Assembly: GCF_026210795.1 (NCBI RefSeq)
Contig: NC_089434.1
Location: forward strand, 4,092,001 to 4,156,000
Length of the DNA stretch: 64,000 bases
Source of the DNA: Rhizophagus irregularis
Taxonomy: Eukaryota
Direction: 5' to 3'
Below, piece by piece: positions 23,143 to 36,439 of the stretch. Every line of letters begins with the position of its first letter. Position 1 is the stretch's first letter. The notes under the pieces were generated by a model that saw only the letters and a list, made by a program, of their open reading frames with translations, searched no databases and was not told where the DNA came from. The translations under genes were made by a program, and so were the position numbers.

Positions 23143-24451
23143 AATGATTAATATGTTATATAAATATTTAACAAATAAAATTTATATTTTATTATTATAA
23201 TTACATTTTGTAATTCAATAATTAATAAATGAATAAATTGTGTAAAATGTATGAAAGCCATTAAAGAAAAAAATTTATTTTCGGCCGGATAATTTAATCA
23301 ACCGAATAATTTAACGGACTAAGCCACACAAAATCACGTGCCCTAGCTTTTTTGATGGTGACGCTGGGGGAGTTCTATATTTAATACACACTTTGACAAT
23401 TTAATTGTTTTACCAATAAATACTTTTGTTTTATAAAACAAAAAAAAATTGTTTGTAAATTATTCCACCGGTATAAAAAAAGTATCAAGCCGTTAAAGCA
23501 TAGTATATGTTGTTATTATGCAGCCAAATAGAAACATGTCGTTTTTAACATACTAATATTTTAGATTATTGCATAAGATACGGAAATCATCATCTCATCC
23601 ATGGCTCATTCGTAAATTACAGTTTTAAAATTGTTAATAACAACGATCAATCGTATATTCTTCGTAAATCTACAGTACTTACTCTCACAACAAATAGTGG
23701 TAATACTAGTAATTCGTTTCAGAGATTGCATTATCGATGTTTAAATTTTACTGTACATGTGGTAAAACCTATTTTCTTAAGAGATATTTGTATGCAATTT
23801 CCATAAATATACATTCGACACATTCAATTGATTTATCTCATTAATGATCAAATTAAGTTTTAACAATTTTTTCAGATGAATATAATTTGATTTGTAGATC
23901 TGGCAAACTTATACCAATTAAATTGCATTTGAAAAAATATTTTGTTTAATAAACAATCATTAATTATTAAACTTGATATCGTGAGTCGTGAGATAGTACA
24001 AACATCTCATTCAAATAAATGTATGATTGGACAATCAATAGCGATATCATGATATCATTGATACTCCTGATCTCAAAGATTCCCAATCCTGTAATCCACT
24101 ATTGGAATTATCAGGGATAATAGATTTTCCGATTCCTACATAGTCGCGCATTAAGAGAATTTATCAGTAACCTAATATTTTGATTTACCATACGACTCGT
24201 CGTTTTTACTGTTTTTATTTAAATCATTTATTTAAAATGATTGAATATTTAAATTTATGAACTCATGAGACCAATTTTATTTGGAAATGCTAAAATATAA
24301 AATAGTATTTTGTTTCAATTAAAATAAAAAGTTATCGTTGGAATTTTTTTTCACGATCTGAAACGATGCGCTGTTAATATTTATTATAAATTTTATTATT
24401 TAAAAAAGAAATTATTAAATAATTAATAACAAATCTCCAACTACAAATTGA

Positions 24452-24551
24452 TCCTATAAAAAAATTCTGTAAAGAACTCCGATAAACGATCATTTTTCTA
24501 AGATTCTGAAGAAACTCAGACACGTGATCATTTTTCTGAAAGATTTTTTGT
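24452..24551 (-). mobile_element. MITE family B copy (~100-110 bp), inverted relative to the 60943 copy
   Basis: cctataaaaaaattct...actccgataaacgatcatttttcta...gaaactcagacacgtgatcatttttctg is the reverse complement of 60943-61052. Confidence 0.75.
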
Positions 24552-27500
24552 CACCACTATAATTTATCAGAAATTTTTTAAAAATACTAAAGAATTTTAT
24601 AATAAAGAATATAAAACTAATTTTTAAATAAAATAACTTGAGATAAGGATTATAAAATTAGTTTTGAGGACGAGGTTTACCGTAAGGTAAAGTGGAAGTA
24701 CAAAGTATCAATCACCCTTGTTACTTTGAAATTAGAAGAAATGTAAATTTAAATAAATAAATAAATACATATATAATCGTTTAATAATTATATTTAGTTG
24801 TTAATTGTTGAATACTTACTATTCAAGCTTGAAGTTTTAATTTTCAAGCCGGAAAATGATTGGAATGTGGAAACAAGGCCCAGTTTCATCTTGTTCTTTT
24901 ATACAAATGGAATTAGAGGAAAGATAAGTGTAAATATGTAATCTTATAATATAATAATTATAATTATATATTTAAATTGTTGAATACTTACTAACTACTT
25001 TCCAGCTTGATTGAAGTATAACTCTCAAGCCGATAACTGATAAGAATTCAGGTATGGAAAATAAGGACTTGTTTCATCTACAAACGGAAATAAAAAAAAT
25101 ATTAAACATCAATATGTAATCGTATAATCGTACAATATAATAATTATGTCTTAATAATTAATGAATACCTACTAGCCACTTTTCGGCTTGAAGTATAACT
25201 TCCAAGACGATAAAGGACCTCGTTCTACCTTGCTTGTTATTCTATACAAATTTACATATTAACAGTCAATTTAAATTGTACAGTTATTTATGGTTTTGAT
25301 AATAAATCTTCACAATTATTCAATGAGTAAAATAAAAGGTCATTGTATCAACTTTTATACAATGAAAACTAATGAAAAAATTAAGAGTGGCATGATATAA
25401 TGGAAATAGACATTAATATGTATTATATCTATTAACAATCTATTGGCTTTAACGCATTATTAAAAAAAAAAATCAGAAAATTTTATATCTGTATTATATA
25501 TTATACCGATCTATTATTATTAGAACAAATAATTATTTATTTACCAAGAAATTTTTTTACATCCAAGTGATCGGCAAAATTTCTTTTTGTTTTTTTTTTT
25601 AATTAAGATAGTTATATGAAGGCTAGAACTGCGAAACTTTGTTATGTATAATTTTGAATAATTAACAAAATAAGATTCCCGCTACTTTGTATATAATATA
25701 TATAGTATATATATGTAATGTATATTAAATTATTCATGAAATTTTTATAAATGAAAAAGCAAAAAATTTTATTATTTGCAGTTTTAATCTATTGTACACT
25801 TAAAATAGATTTCATTCATAAGAGTTTACACTACAATATGTTCTATTGATCAGATGGTCACTGTTGGGTGAACATACCATCTGTTTAATTCTGAGGATGA
25901 TCCTCTAATATACAAATAGACAGTAAATGCTTTAAAACAAAATATGGTTTATTAAAATATAGTTAAAAAATCCATTGCTTAATAGTATAATCAGAAGAGT
26001 GATTAAACATCTCATTTTATAAATCCTCAAGACCTATCTAATCTATTTATCATAATGGGAAAAACTACTTGCCCAATAATATATAATATGTATCAAGTGG
26101 AGCAAGTGGAGTAAAGAATCCAAACAGCAGCCCATTTATGTATTTAATCTATTAGGCTGGATAGTTTCACCAATTTGACCTTTATTGGCTTATTTTGTGG
26201 TAAGGTTAATTGTTGTGTTATTCATTTGGCATTCCTGTCACGGAAATTATTTTTTTTTTACTTGATGAAATTCCTAACAAATCATCTTAGATAGTGAAGC
26301 AATCGCAAAATCATCGCCATCAATGATTGCATCTTCCTCATCAAGAGTTATAGTAGCTGTTATCACGTTTAACAAGGAAGAGGCGGGTTAATAGGAGCTT
26401 TGGATTTAGAGATTTTTTTATATCAACATCAGATTTTATGAAAGAAATTCTAATCAACTCAAAATTTAAAGTAGAAATCCAAGTTTTTGTCCAATCACAA
26501 CATATGAAGGTTTAGAATGTAACACGACACTTATGATGCTGATGAGATCTTTTAGTTTCTACATATTCCTAAATATATCGTTAATAGAAGATCTTCAGTT
26601 TCATGCGCGTTTACATTTATTACAGTAGCACTGAGCCATAGTGTCACTCATTAGTCTTTAATCTCGATTGCTTCTTGTTTGTTTTAGCATTTTACGATAG
26701 GAAGTAAAACGAAGGTTTGCCAAGTAATCACATTCCTGCATTTTAAGGTATTTCTTTCTTCAACTTTTATAAAAATAGTACTGATCAACACTGAGCTATC
26801 TTGAACTTAATATTTGTTCGTCCTTTTCCGATACCTTATTCATCGCCATCATCATCTGTACTATTTTTCTATTTTTTTTTTGATCGGAAAGATTCAATAG
26901 CACGATTATTAGAAGGTTATATAATACTACATTTTGTTCATGTTTCGTTTTTTTGGGAGGTAAAGTGATGTTCTAAAATCAATCATCATCACCAATCTTT
27001 AGAATTTTTTCGGTTATTGCTTGGTGTTTCTTCTGTAGTTTTTCTCGAATACCTAAGTCTAGTAGAACTTGTGTATTAGAGCGCTCTTATTCTTTCCTTA
27101 GTTGTTAACATTTAGTTCATTTTCTTTTTTTTTCGATTAAAGTAATTGAGAGCGATATAGAGTATGTTTTGAAGCTTATGAAGTGGAAGCTTTGGAGGCA
27201 TTGTAATCGGAGAGTTCTTCGTCTGAATTCTGGCTGAACTAGAATTAATTAATATAATTAAGAATTCTTTATTGTAATATATAATTAATAATTATTCAAT
27301 AATTTTTGTTTATAACTCACGTATATACTGTACACGCTCAATTCTCACAATGAGAGCATCAAAAATAAGAATATTTACTTTCTGATAAACATATACATTT
27401 TTTGGGTCCCAACCAAAAATCTTGTTATCACTACGAACTCCATTAATAGCAAATCTTTAAATCATCGGACTTTAAAGATTGTTAGGATGCCTTTTGCATT

Positions 27501-27939
27501 CTGAAAACATTTTTTCATAAATTAGGGAATTGATTCTATTTTCTTATCATGAAAGACGTTAAAATATGTAAAAGCCTCATAATAATATTTTTACATCTGC
27601 TAATCAACCACTTTAAAAACGCCAACCAACTACAAAGTTACGGTACAAAACTTATATTAAAAAAATAGCTAGCTATATATAATTTAATATTTTATTTATT
27701 AGACTTCAACAGTTAACATTATAATTTTAAAAAATGAAATGTAACATCAGTTATTGGACACACAAAACGTTATCAGATTATCACGTGCACTGTGTAATAA
27801 TCAAGATGATACAAGTGAGTTACTCTGGAGAAACTCTGTTATGCTGGTCCTTACAAGTGTCACTGTTAGTCTGTTACTAGATGTTCTCTCTGAATAATGT
27901 CAGAACACCTTAGTCAGAACCTGGCTGCTCCGGTTCCTG

Positions 27940-28404
27940 ATGTACCCGAACCAGCCAAAACAGACGATAGCGCTGCGAAAATATCTGGAATCGCTTTGTT
28001 TAAACGAACAAGTATTAAGTCGTGAGCTATTGCTTCGTCTTGTGACGTATATGCTGGATTGCTTTGTTACTCAAGCATGGTGTCGCCCTTTTATTAAACC
28101 TGTAGACGAAACTTCTTGCATTTACCGCAATATCATTACACCTCTGATGGATTTGACAACGGTTGAACATAATCTTTGGGCAGGAAAATACGATGTTGAA
28201 AGTTTCAAATTCTATGATGATTTATTTATAATGCATTCAAATTCCATCCATAATATTCAAAGAAGCAGATTCGATGCTTACGTGTTTTTTCAATTTAACA
28301 ACGGAATTTCGAAACCACCACATGATCTAAATAAATTGGACTTCGCACTTGCTCAGATTGGTGCTAAACTCCCCATGAAGAATTTGCTGATGTTTGTAGA
28401 GTAG
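27940..28404 (+). pseudogene. Bromodomain-containing gene remnant
   Basis: WCRPFIKPVDETSCIYRNIITPLMDLTTVEHNLWAGKY...FYDDLFIM matches the bromodomain F..PV..Y..II..MDL.T...L..G.Y...F..DL pattern; flanking frames broken. Confidence 0.7.
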
Positions 28405-30329
28405 CACCAAATATTGAAAGGTATTCATGTTTTTTTTCGCGTATAAATTAGTAAAATATATATAGTACCTTTGTATTCGTTCCGCCAAGTTACAAGGAGT
28501 GGTAGTAACGTTGTTATTTGATTCGAACAATTAAATTGTTTATGATTATTATTAAGATTCTTCTATCAAAATTCAAAGATCCACAATCAATATTTACCGT
28601 AATTACTAAATTATATTTTAAACTTAATATAGAATATTGATATAACACCTTCATTGATTTATATAAGAGATAATTCAGAAATGTCTATTGGATCAAGACG
28701 GCTTTTTTGTTAACATTAGTAACTGTGCTGAACTGAAGGAATACAAGATCACAAGGTCCCACTCGATTAATACTTAAAAGCCTTCATTTAAGAAGATCCA
28801 TATTGGTCGTTATGATGAAGACCCTCTTGTGGAGAAAAGTCATTTTTTTTTAGCACATCAAATATTGTTTATCAATCAGAAATATCAATAAAGAAATTGC
28901 GAATTAGTTTATTGTAGCGCAAAGCATTGGCATTGGTAATTAAAAATGAAAAAAAAATTTTTATTAAATAAATGAAAGATGTTGTCTCCTGATCAATTTA
29001 TACCGTATAATATCTATTTATAATTTGGTGATTAATTACATATATCCTAGTATTCCATATCATAATGATTGTATCATATACATTAAGAAAAAATCAACAA
29101 GAAAAAAAATAAACGGATTATAATTCAAAGGGAATTATGTTTAAGATCAAAATTGGTTCATCTTTATATAATTCTAACGAATAAAATTTCATTTGAATTC
29201 ATATACATAAGAAATTTCCCCTTCTTATAATTTTTAAATTCCCTATTTGAATTTTATTCTTGCCAAACATTTCTTTTGCTTACATTTTCTTTTGTGTTAT
29301 CGAAAATCCCAATTTTCCCCATAAATGGTCACAAATTATTTTGAACAGATTTTTTAAAAAAATAAATACTGTAGAATGACATGCGTCATCGTTATATAAA
29401 CCGGCTAACATGTTTTGTGAACAATTATATAAAATTAAACTTAAAATTAAACGATTTGTTCGATTACATCCAGTAATTCCTGTTCTTTTTTCACGTAATA
29501 TTTCTTGATGAGTTCTAATAGTTTCAGCTGTGATTTCATTTATTTCTTTAATTTCCTTTTCAACTGATCAATTTCTCTTTTTTTACTTTCCAATAATTTT
29601 GGTTTCTTTCTTTAATATTTCTGGTTGCATCATCTTTTTTAATTTTAAAACTTATATATTTAAAAAAGTAGCCTTTGGTGGCCTGGAAGTACCTTAAATT
29701 CTTGTTCAATGATTTTCTATAATGTCGTTTAATTGGAATTAAAGGTTCCATCTTCCATCACAGATATTGTTACATTGCGAGGTTTTTTTATCAACTTTTG
29801 TAATAGAATTCATAATGTATCCATTAGTTACTTCAATTTCAGTAATAATTCCAAATTGATTCATTCCTCTTATGTTTGCATTGTACTCTCGTCTTAACTT
29901 TCGTGCATCATCCAAAATTCTTCATATCCATCAACATATAATCTTTGATCAAAATTTTCTATATTTAAATTAGTTTGCGGGGTATACTCTACAAAATACC
30001 AAGAACTTTTTTGAGATTCATAAGATTGTTTGTTTTTCCATAAAATCTGGGAATTTACTAGCACGAAGTACAGGCGGAAATTCTGGTGGTGTTCCCGTTT
30101 TAGGAAATCTATGGCATCAGAATGTAATTGTACAAGACGTTTACATTGCCTATGTAATGCACCAACTTCGAAAAAATCTGCTTTTGCTAATGAGCGTTCT
30201 CGGTCATACCAAAGTTGTCAGAAAAGATATAATTTACAAAAAATGTTTTGATATCTTTCATCGTTACATTTTCAACCATTCTTGATTTTTGAACCTCACG
30301 ATTCATAGTACACTTAATTAAAAATTATT

Positions 30330-33300
30330 ATTTTTTGTTTTCTAAAAAAAAAAAAATTGTCAATAACTAACAACTTAAAGTTTTAAACAATGAGAAATAA
30401 AGATACATACGTGAAATCATCACCATCTAAATCACCATCGCTAACAATAAATTTGATTCTCTTGTTATTTTTTTTTTCTAAAAAAAAAATTGTCAATAAC
30501 TTAAACAACTTAAATACTTAAAGTTTTAAACAATGAGAAATAAAGATACACACGTGAAATCATACCATCACCGCTAACAATAAATTTGATCCTCTTATAA
30601 AATTTCGGTAACATCCAAACGCCTAATAAGAATGCCCTCTTATCAACGCGAATTTTTGCCTTTTCTCATATGCTTATGAAATTTTATGGCGTATTATGGT
30701 GTTCATAAAACGATCCATAAACATAGTACACGTAGAAGACGATAAATTTGATCTATCAAATTATCAATTAAAATTTAACCTTAATTGAATCAACTCGATC
30801 AAGAAAAAATTTGCTTGTACTATTAATTTATTATAAATTTCCTAGTATTGCTTCATAGATGTCTATATATAGTCTAATGAAAGTACAACACCAGTTGCCG
30901 CTGCTTGCTGCAAGTATTAATTATGTTGCGTTATCACTTCCATCAGATTTGATTAATAATATTTAATTTTCCACATTAATCCTTTCAATACACATTGAAT
31001 GCTATTGACAACATATGGTATTTGAAAAAACATGATCCAATTTATATCCAAATTAAAAATCTTCGTTTAACGAAATTGTCCACGGATTGGAACATGCAAA
31101 ATATCTAAGAAAGCAAATAATATTAATAAAAAGAATAAAAAAATAATTTACAATACCATAGAATGTTAAAAGCAAATATTGTACGTACAATGCAATAAGA
31201 CTCCGAAATCACAATTTACCATTAGTGAAATCCAAAATTATTTTTCAATAAGGAACTGACGCACCATAAGTTTGACTAAATTCCACCACTTCGAAGCGAT
31301 ATTTAAAATTTTCATTGAATGAATAAAATCATTTTAAGAAATAAAATTTCATTATAATATATATAATATATATATTATTTATTATCAATTTAATTATCAA
31401 TTATTTTTGTAGTCGACAAAATCATTTGTGAAAAGAGATTTAAAAGAAGTGATTTCCTAACAAAGGAAATATCCATCTAATATCCATATTCTTGTTGGAC
31501 CCGTACTGACGCGTGATCATCTTAAATTCTTTTTTTTATCTTTTAAATATTTATATATTTCCTACTTTAGGTTAAGTTGAATAGAACGAACTTGCATACG
31601 TGAAATCATCACCATCTAAATCACCACCGCTAACAATAAATTTGATTCTCCTGTAAAATTTCGGTAACATCCAAGACGCCTAACAAGAATGCCCCTTTAT
31701 CAACACGAATTTTTGCCTTTTCTTAATGCCTCCTAACATCATGATATGAAATAATGAAACAAATAACGATCATTATTTCTTAAAAATCCCGCGTTAACAA
31801 AATCAACAAGTGATTATCTTTTTTTCTAAAAAAAAAATTGTCAATACTTAAATACTTCAAGTTTTAAAAAATGAGAAATAAGATACACACGTGAAATCAA
31901 CACCATATAAATCGCCATCGCTAATAATAAATTTGATCCTCTAGCAAAATTTCGGTAACATCCAAGACACCTAATAAGAATGCCCCTTTATCAACGCGAA
32001 TTTTTGCCTTTTCTTAATGTCTTCTAACATCATGATACGAAATAATGAAATAAATAACAATCATTATTTCTACACAGAATTATCTTCTATTTTAGATTTT
32101 TTCAGCCGTGTGTAACTAATTTTACCGAAGGTAGCGGTGGAAGTAATTGTAGTAGTACTATCAGCATAATTCGATTTTATGCACTCCAATTCAATGCATC
32201 ATTATAACGTTCGTATTCGGTCTAATTATCAAGTTGGCCTACTAAAAATCCCGCGGTTGTCTTTTTTTTCTAAAAAAAAAAAAATTGTCAATAACTTAAA
32301 CAACTTAAAATACTTAAAATTTTAAACAATGAGAAATAAAGATACATACGTGAAATCATCACCATCTAAATAGCAATAAATTTGATTCTCCTGTAAAATT
32401 TCGGTAACATCCAAGATGCCTAATAAGAATGCCCCCTTCATCAACGCGAATTTTTCCTTTTCTTAATGTCTCCTAACATCAAATAATGAAATAAAATTCA
32501 TAAATAACGATCATTATTTCTTAAAAATCCTGCGTTAACAAGATCAACAAGTGATTATCTTTCTTTTTTCTAAAAAAAAAAAATTGTCAATAATTTAAAC
32601 AACTTAAATACTTAAAGTTTTAAACAATGAGAAGTAAGATACACACGTGAAATCAACGCCATCTAAATTGCCATCGCTAATAATAAATTTGATCCTCTTG
32701 CAAAATTTCGGTAACATCCAAGACGCCTAATAAGAATGCGCAAAAATTTTGCCTTTTCTTAATGTCTCCTAACATCATGATACGAAATAATGAAATAAAT
32801 AACGATTATTATTTCTACACAGAATTATCTTCTATTTTAGATTTTCAGCCATGTGTAACTAATTTTACCGAAGGTGGGTAAATTTATAGCGGTGGAAGTA
32901 ATTGTAGTAGTACTATCAGCACAATTCGATTTGATGCACTCCAATGCATCATTATAACGTTCGTATTCGGTCTTATTATCAAGTTGGCCTACTAAAAATC
33001 CCGCGTTAATAAGATCAACAAGTGATTATCTTTTTTTTCTAAAAAAAAAAATTGTCAATAACTTAAACAACTTAAAATATTAAAAGTTTTAAACAATGAG
33101 AAATAAAGAAACATACGTGAAATCATCACCATCTAAATAGCAATAAATTTGATTTTCCTATAAAATTTCGGTAACATCCAAGACGCCTAACAAGAATGCA
33201 CCTTTATCAACGCGAATTATTGCCTTTTCTTAATGTCTCCTAACATCAAATAATGAATAAAAATTCATCAAATAACGATCATTATTTCATAAAAATCCCG

Positions 33301-33905
33301 CGTCAACAAGTGATTATCTTTTCTTTTTTCTAAAAAAAAAAAAATTGTCAATGACTTAAACAACTTAAAATACTTAAAGTTTTAAACAATGAGAAATAAA
33401 AGATACATACGTGAAATCACCATCTAAATCGCCACCGCTAACAATAAATTTGATCCTCTAGCAAAATTTCGGTAACAACCAAGACGCCTAATTAGAATGC
33501 CCCTTTATCAACGCGAATTTTTGCCTTTTCTTAATGTCTCCTAACATCATGATACGAAATAATGAAATAAATAACGATCATTATTTCTTAAAAATCCCGC
33601 GTTAACAAGATCAACAAGTGATTATCTTTTTTTTAAAAAAAAAATTGTCAATAACTTAAACAACTTAAATACTTAAAGTTTTGGACAATGAGAAATAAAG
33701 ATACATACGTGAAATCATCACCATCTTAAATTTGATTCTCCTGTAAAATTTCGGTAACATCCAAGACGCCTAATAAGAATGCCCCTTATCAACGCAAATT
33801 TTTGCCTTTTCTTAATGTCTCCTAACATCAAATAATGAAATAAAATTCATCAAATAACGATCATTATTTCTTAAAAATCCCGCTTTAACAAGATCAGCAA
33901 GTGAG
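30330..33905 (-). repeat. Tandem array (~295-bp unit, 9 full or partial copies) of RdRP exon + intron
   Basis: Marker gtgaaatca at 30411, 30554, 31600, 31891, 32350, 32647, 33117, 33411, 33709; unit translates to RdRP peptide ending in DLDGDDFT-like motif followed by GTATGT/GTGTGT donor. Confidence 0.92.
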
Positions 33906-34311
33906 ATTGAAATTCCACATTCATCAACATTCCTTTATAAAAAATCCAACGCCGTATGTTCACTTTCTAACTCGTAAATCTTTTAATTCAATAAATAATT
34001 CATCAGGAATTCCTAGTGCGGACAATAATATAATCGCCTGACGTTTGAGATATGTGTAGATGAATGTAGAACCTCTGATAACTTCCAACACAAGTTGGTT
34101 GACATAAAACACCCTTAATCCAATTAATAAGCAATCTACTTTGCTAATGAAAAAGAGATATTTTCTATCCCATCAGAAAAAGTGAACCCATTTCTAACTA
34201 TATCAGGTATTTCTTTAATGTCGTCAATAGGTAGCTTTTGAATAGCACGAGTACTTGAAAAACACTGACCCATTCGGCAGCACATTTTGCTACACTTTTA
34301 TTTGTGAGTTT

Positions 34312-34771
34312 CGAAATATAGTATTAAAAAAGCCAGCATCAATTCTCGTTCTGATTTGGCACTTGCGTATAAAAGTTTTGGGTATCACGCATCATTGATT
34401 AATAATGCTTGTAATTTTTACGAATATGCTGAAAATTGAATTCTGAATCTCTGGGATGTGTTCGGCTTTTAAGTGAACATTCCGTTCCAGACAAACTGTC
34501 CATAGCTCTTCCGCTATATTTGACAGCAATGTAGTCCCTGATGATTTATGTAAGCGACGCATGTTGTATTGTCCGTGCGTATCATGATCAGTTGGTCCTT
34601 CAAATCCTTGAAGACTAGAAGAGCGAATAAGATCGCTTTTAACTCGAGAATGTTGATGTGAAGATGCTATTCCATTCTTAGCCATCTTCCATGTATTACA
34701 TAATCCTCCCGGGACACGCCCCAGCCGGAGGTCGAAGCGTCGGTGTATAGTATAGTCTTTGGTTCCTCTAA
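34312..34771 (-). mobile_element. Insertion carrying a DIRS/tyrosine-recombinase retrotransposon-type RNase H fragment
   Basis: LYTDASTSGWG, HINILELKAILFAL, NIAEELWTVCLERNVHLKAEHIPEIQN; interrupts RdRP between ...VWMG and ...KSVAKCA. Confidence 0.8.
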
Positions 34772-36439
34772 TTCCCCATCCAAACTATAACCTTATCAGC
34801 AGTTAAATTGCCAGTTGGTGAAAAAACCAACAACTATAATCTCTTAATTGACTAGCAGAGAAAGCCAAGAATTCGCACCAATAGTGATACCATCACGTAA
34901 AGTACAATAAACTCTGTCATACAATGGTTAGAAGTATCATCATTAGATGAACCAACTTTACTCAAAACCTTATCCACAAATTGGACACGTAAAAAATGAT
35001 TTTTCTTATCACGAAAATAACGGATCACCCTATTAGAAGTTTCCATAGTTGGAGTTAAAATATAACTTGTAGTAGGAGTTACAACAACTTTACGCACCAT
35101 ACCAAATAATATGGTATATATTTAGGTTTATTATCCATTTTATATTTTGAATTCTCCAATATCAGTATTATCACAATAATAGGAAAGTTACTAATGTCGT
35201 TATTTGAAAGGTCCATGTTTTCAATTTCAATATTACTCATTAAAATCATCTCTTTTTTCAAAAAAAACAAATAAATGAGTTTTTCAACTCAACTGGTATA
35301 TAAGACCATGGCCGCAATTCTGAACGTAAATATGTTAATGGCTCATAGATCCTTTTCTTCCTTGAATAAAAAATACCTTCCAAAATATCAAGAGAGACTC
35401 CAGTATGTTGTTGAGATAATAGAGAAAAGAATTCTTCACAAAGGTTATTATACTCATTAAGGTAATTAAAAGAAATATTGCATTCGACCATTTCAATGTT
35501 TTTTAACATTGAACGGTTCACAAAATGTTTACGTAATCCCTAACAATTTTTAATGGAAAATTACCAATGTTTGAAGTTCTAGGAGCCAAATTAACTGTTT
35601 GGAGACGATATTCTCTTGTTTTTATCCATTATTTTAAAGAAGTGGTGAAAGTTTTTTTTTTTCTTTTTTTTTTGCGGGGATATTTAAGTTTAAGAAGATC
35701 CCAATTTGTATTAGTGTAGCATCACAAATGTTAGACAAAAATGTGAAATTATAAAATATGTAATGATTGAAATTGATATAGTTCAAAAAAAGGTAAAATG
35801 GACAAATAATTCAAGTTTGTAACCCTCCTATAATACGATAATGATAAAATTTACGAATCAAAAATCTGAGATAGTTATAGAATTACAATACCCCTGATCT
35901 ACAGGTTTATAAATATTAATAAATAATAATAATAATATTTTAAATATTTTATATTATCATTAAATATATAATTTTCTTTTGACTTTAATGTTTTCATGTG
36001 AATTCTTGCGAATTTTAAAAATTTGATTTTCTATTTTAGATAAGATCCGCGAAAATTTGAGGGTTTTTAAGTTTCATGTCATTTATTAGATAAATTAATG
36101 TTTTTCATTATACAATAATTTTAATATATTAAATAAACATATCAGATATTTTAAGACAATGTATTATGTTCATATTATATACGCCATAAAAAAAAAATAA
36201 TAAGAATCTTTTCTTATAAATACAACATTTCATCACGAATGTTCTTCCAAAAATATATAATAGTACTCTTAAATAATCATATTTCAAACAATAAAAATTT
36301 AAATCTCAAAACATCAATGTCAGCCAAATATTTTAAAGAACATTTTCCCCCTTTTAAATGTAAGACGCACTATGAATTGTTCAATGTAGAAAAACAATAT
36401 ATAGGAAAGGAAGAAATTCTTGTAAGAACCCTGACCAAT

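Larger units (their letters stand above)
29100..35629 (-). pseudogene. RNAi-type (eukaryotic, DxDGD) RNA-dependent RNA polymerase pseudogene
   Basis: Collinear motifs VRKVVVTPT..METSNRVIR..FLRVQFVD, SASQLRDYSCWF, RMGQCFSSTR, FTFSDG, AKIRVDKGAFLLGVLD, SGGDLDGDDF, LHSDAIDFPKTG; many stops/frameshifts, a retroelement insertion and an internal tandem array; outer limits approximate. Confidence 0.92.

Noticed and set aside
25850..27660. Coding-like, intron-containing minus-strand sequence
   Set aside because: It is probably a decayed gene, but it has many stops and no motif I can identify, so it was not annotated.
29100..35629. Viral RdRP / endogenous mycovirus interpretation
   Set aside because: The motifs (DLDGD, RMGQCFS, DFPKTG) and spliceosomal introns identify a cellular RNAi-type RdRP, not a viral GDD palm polymerase.
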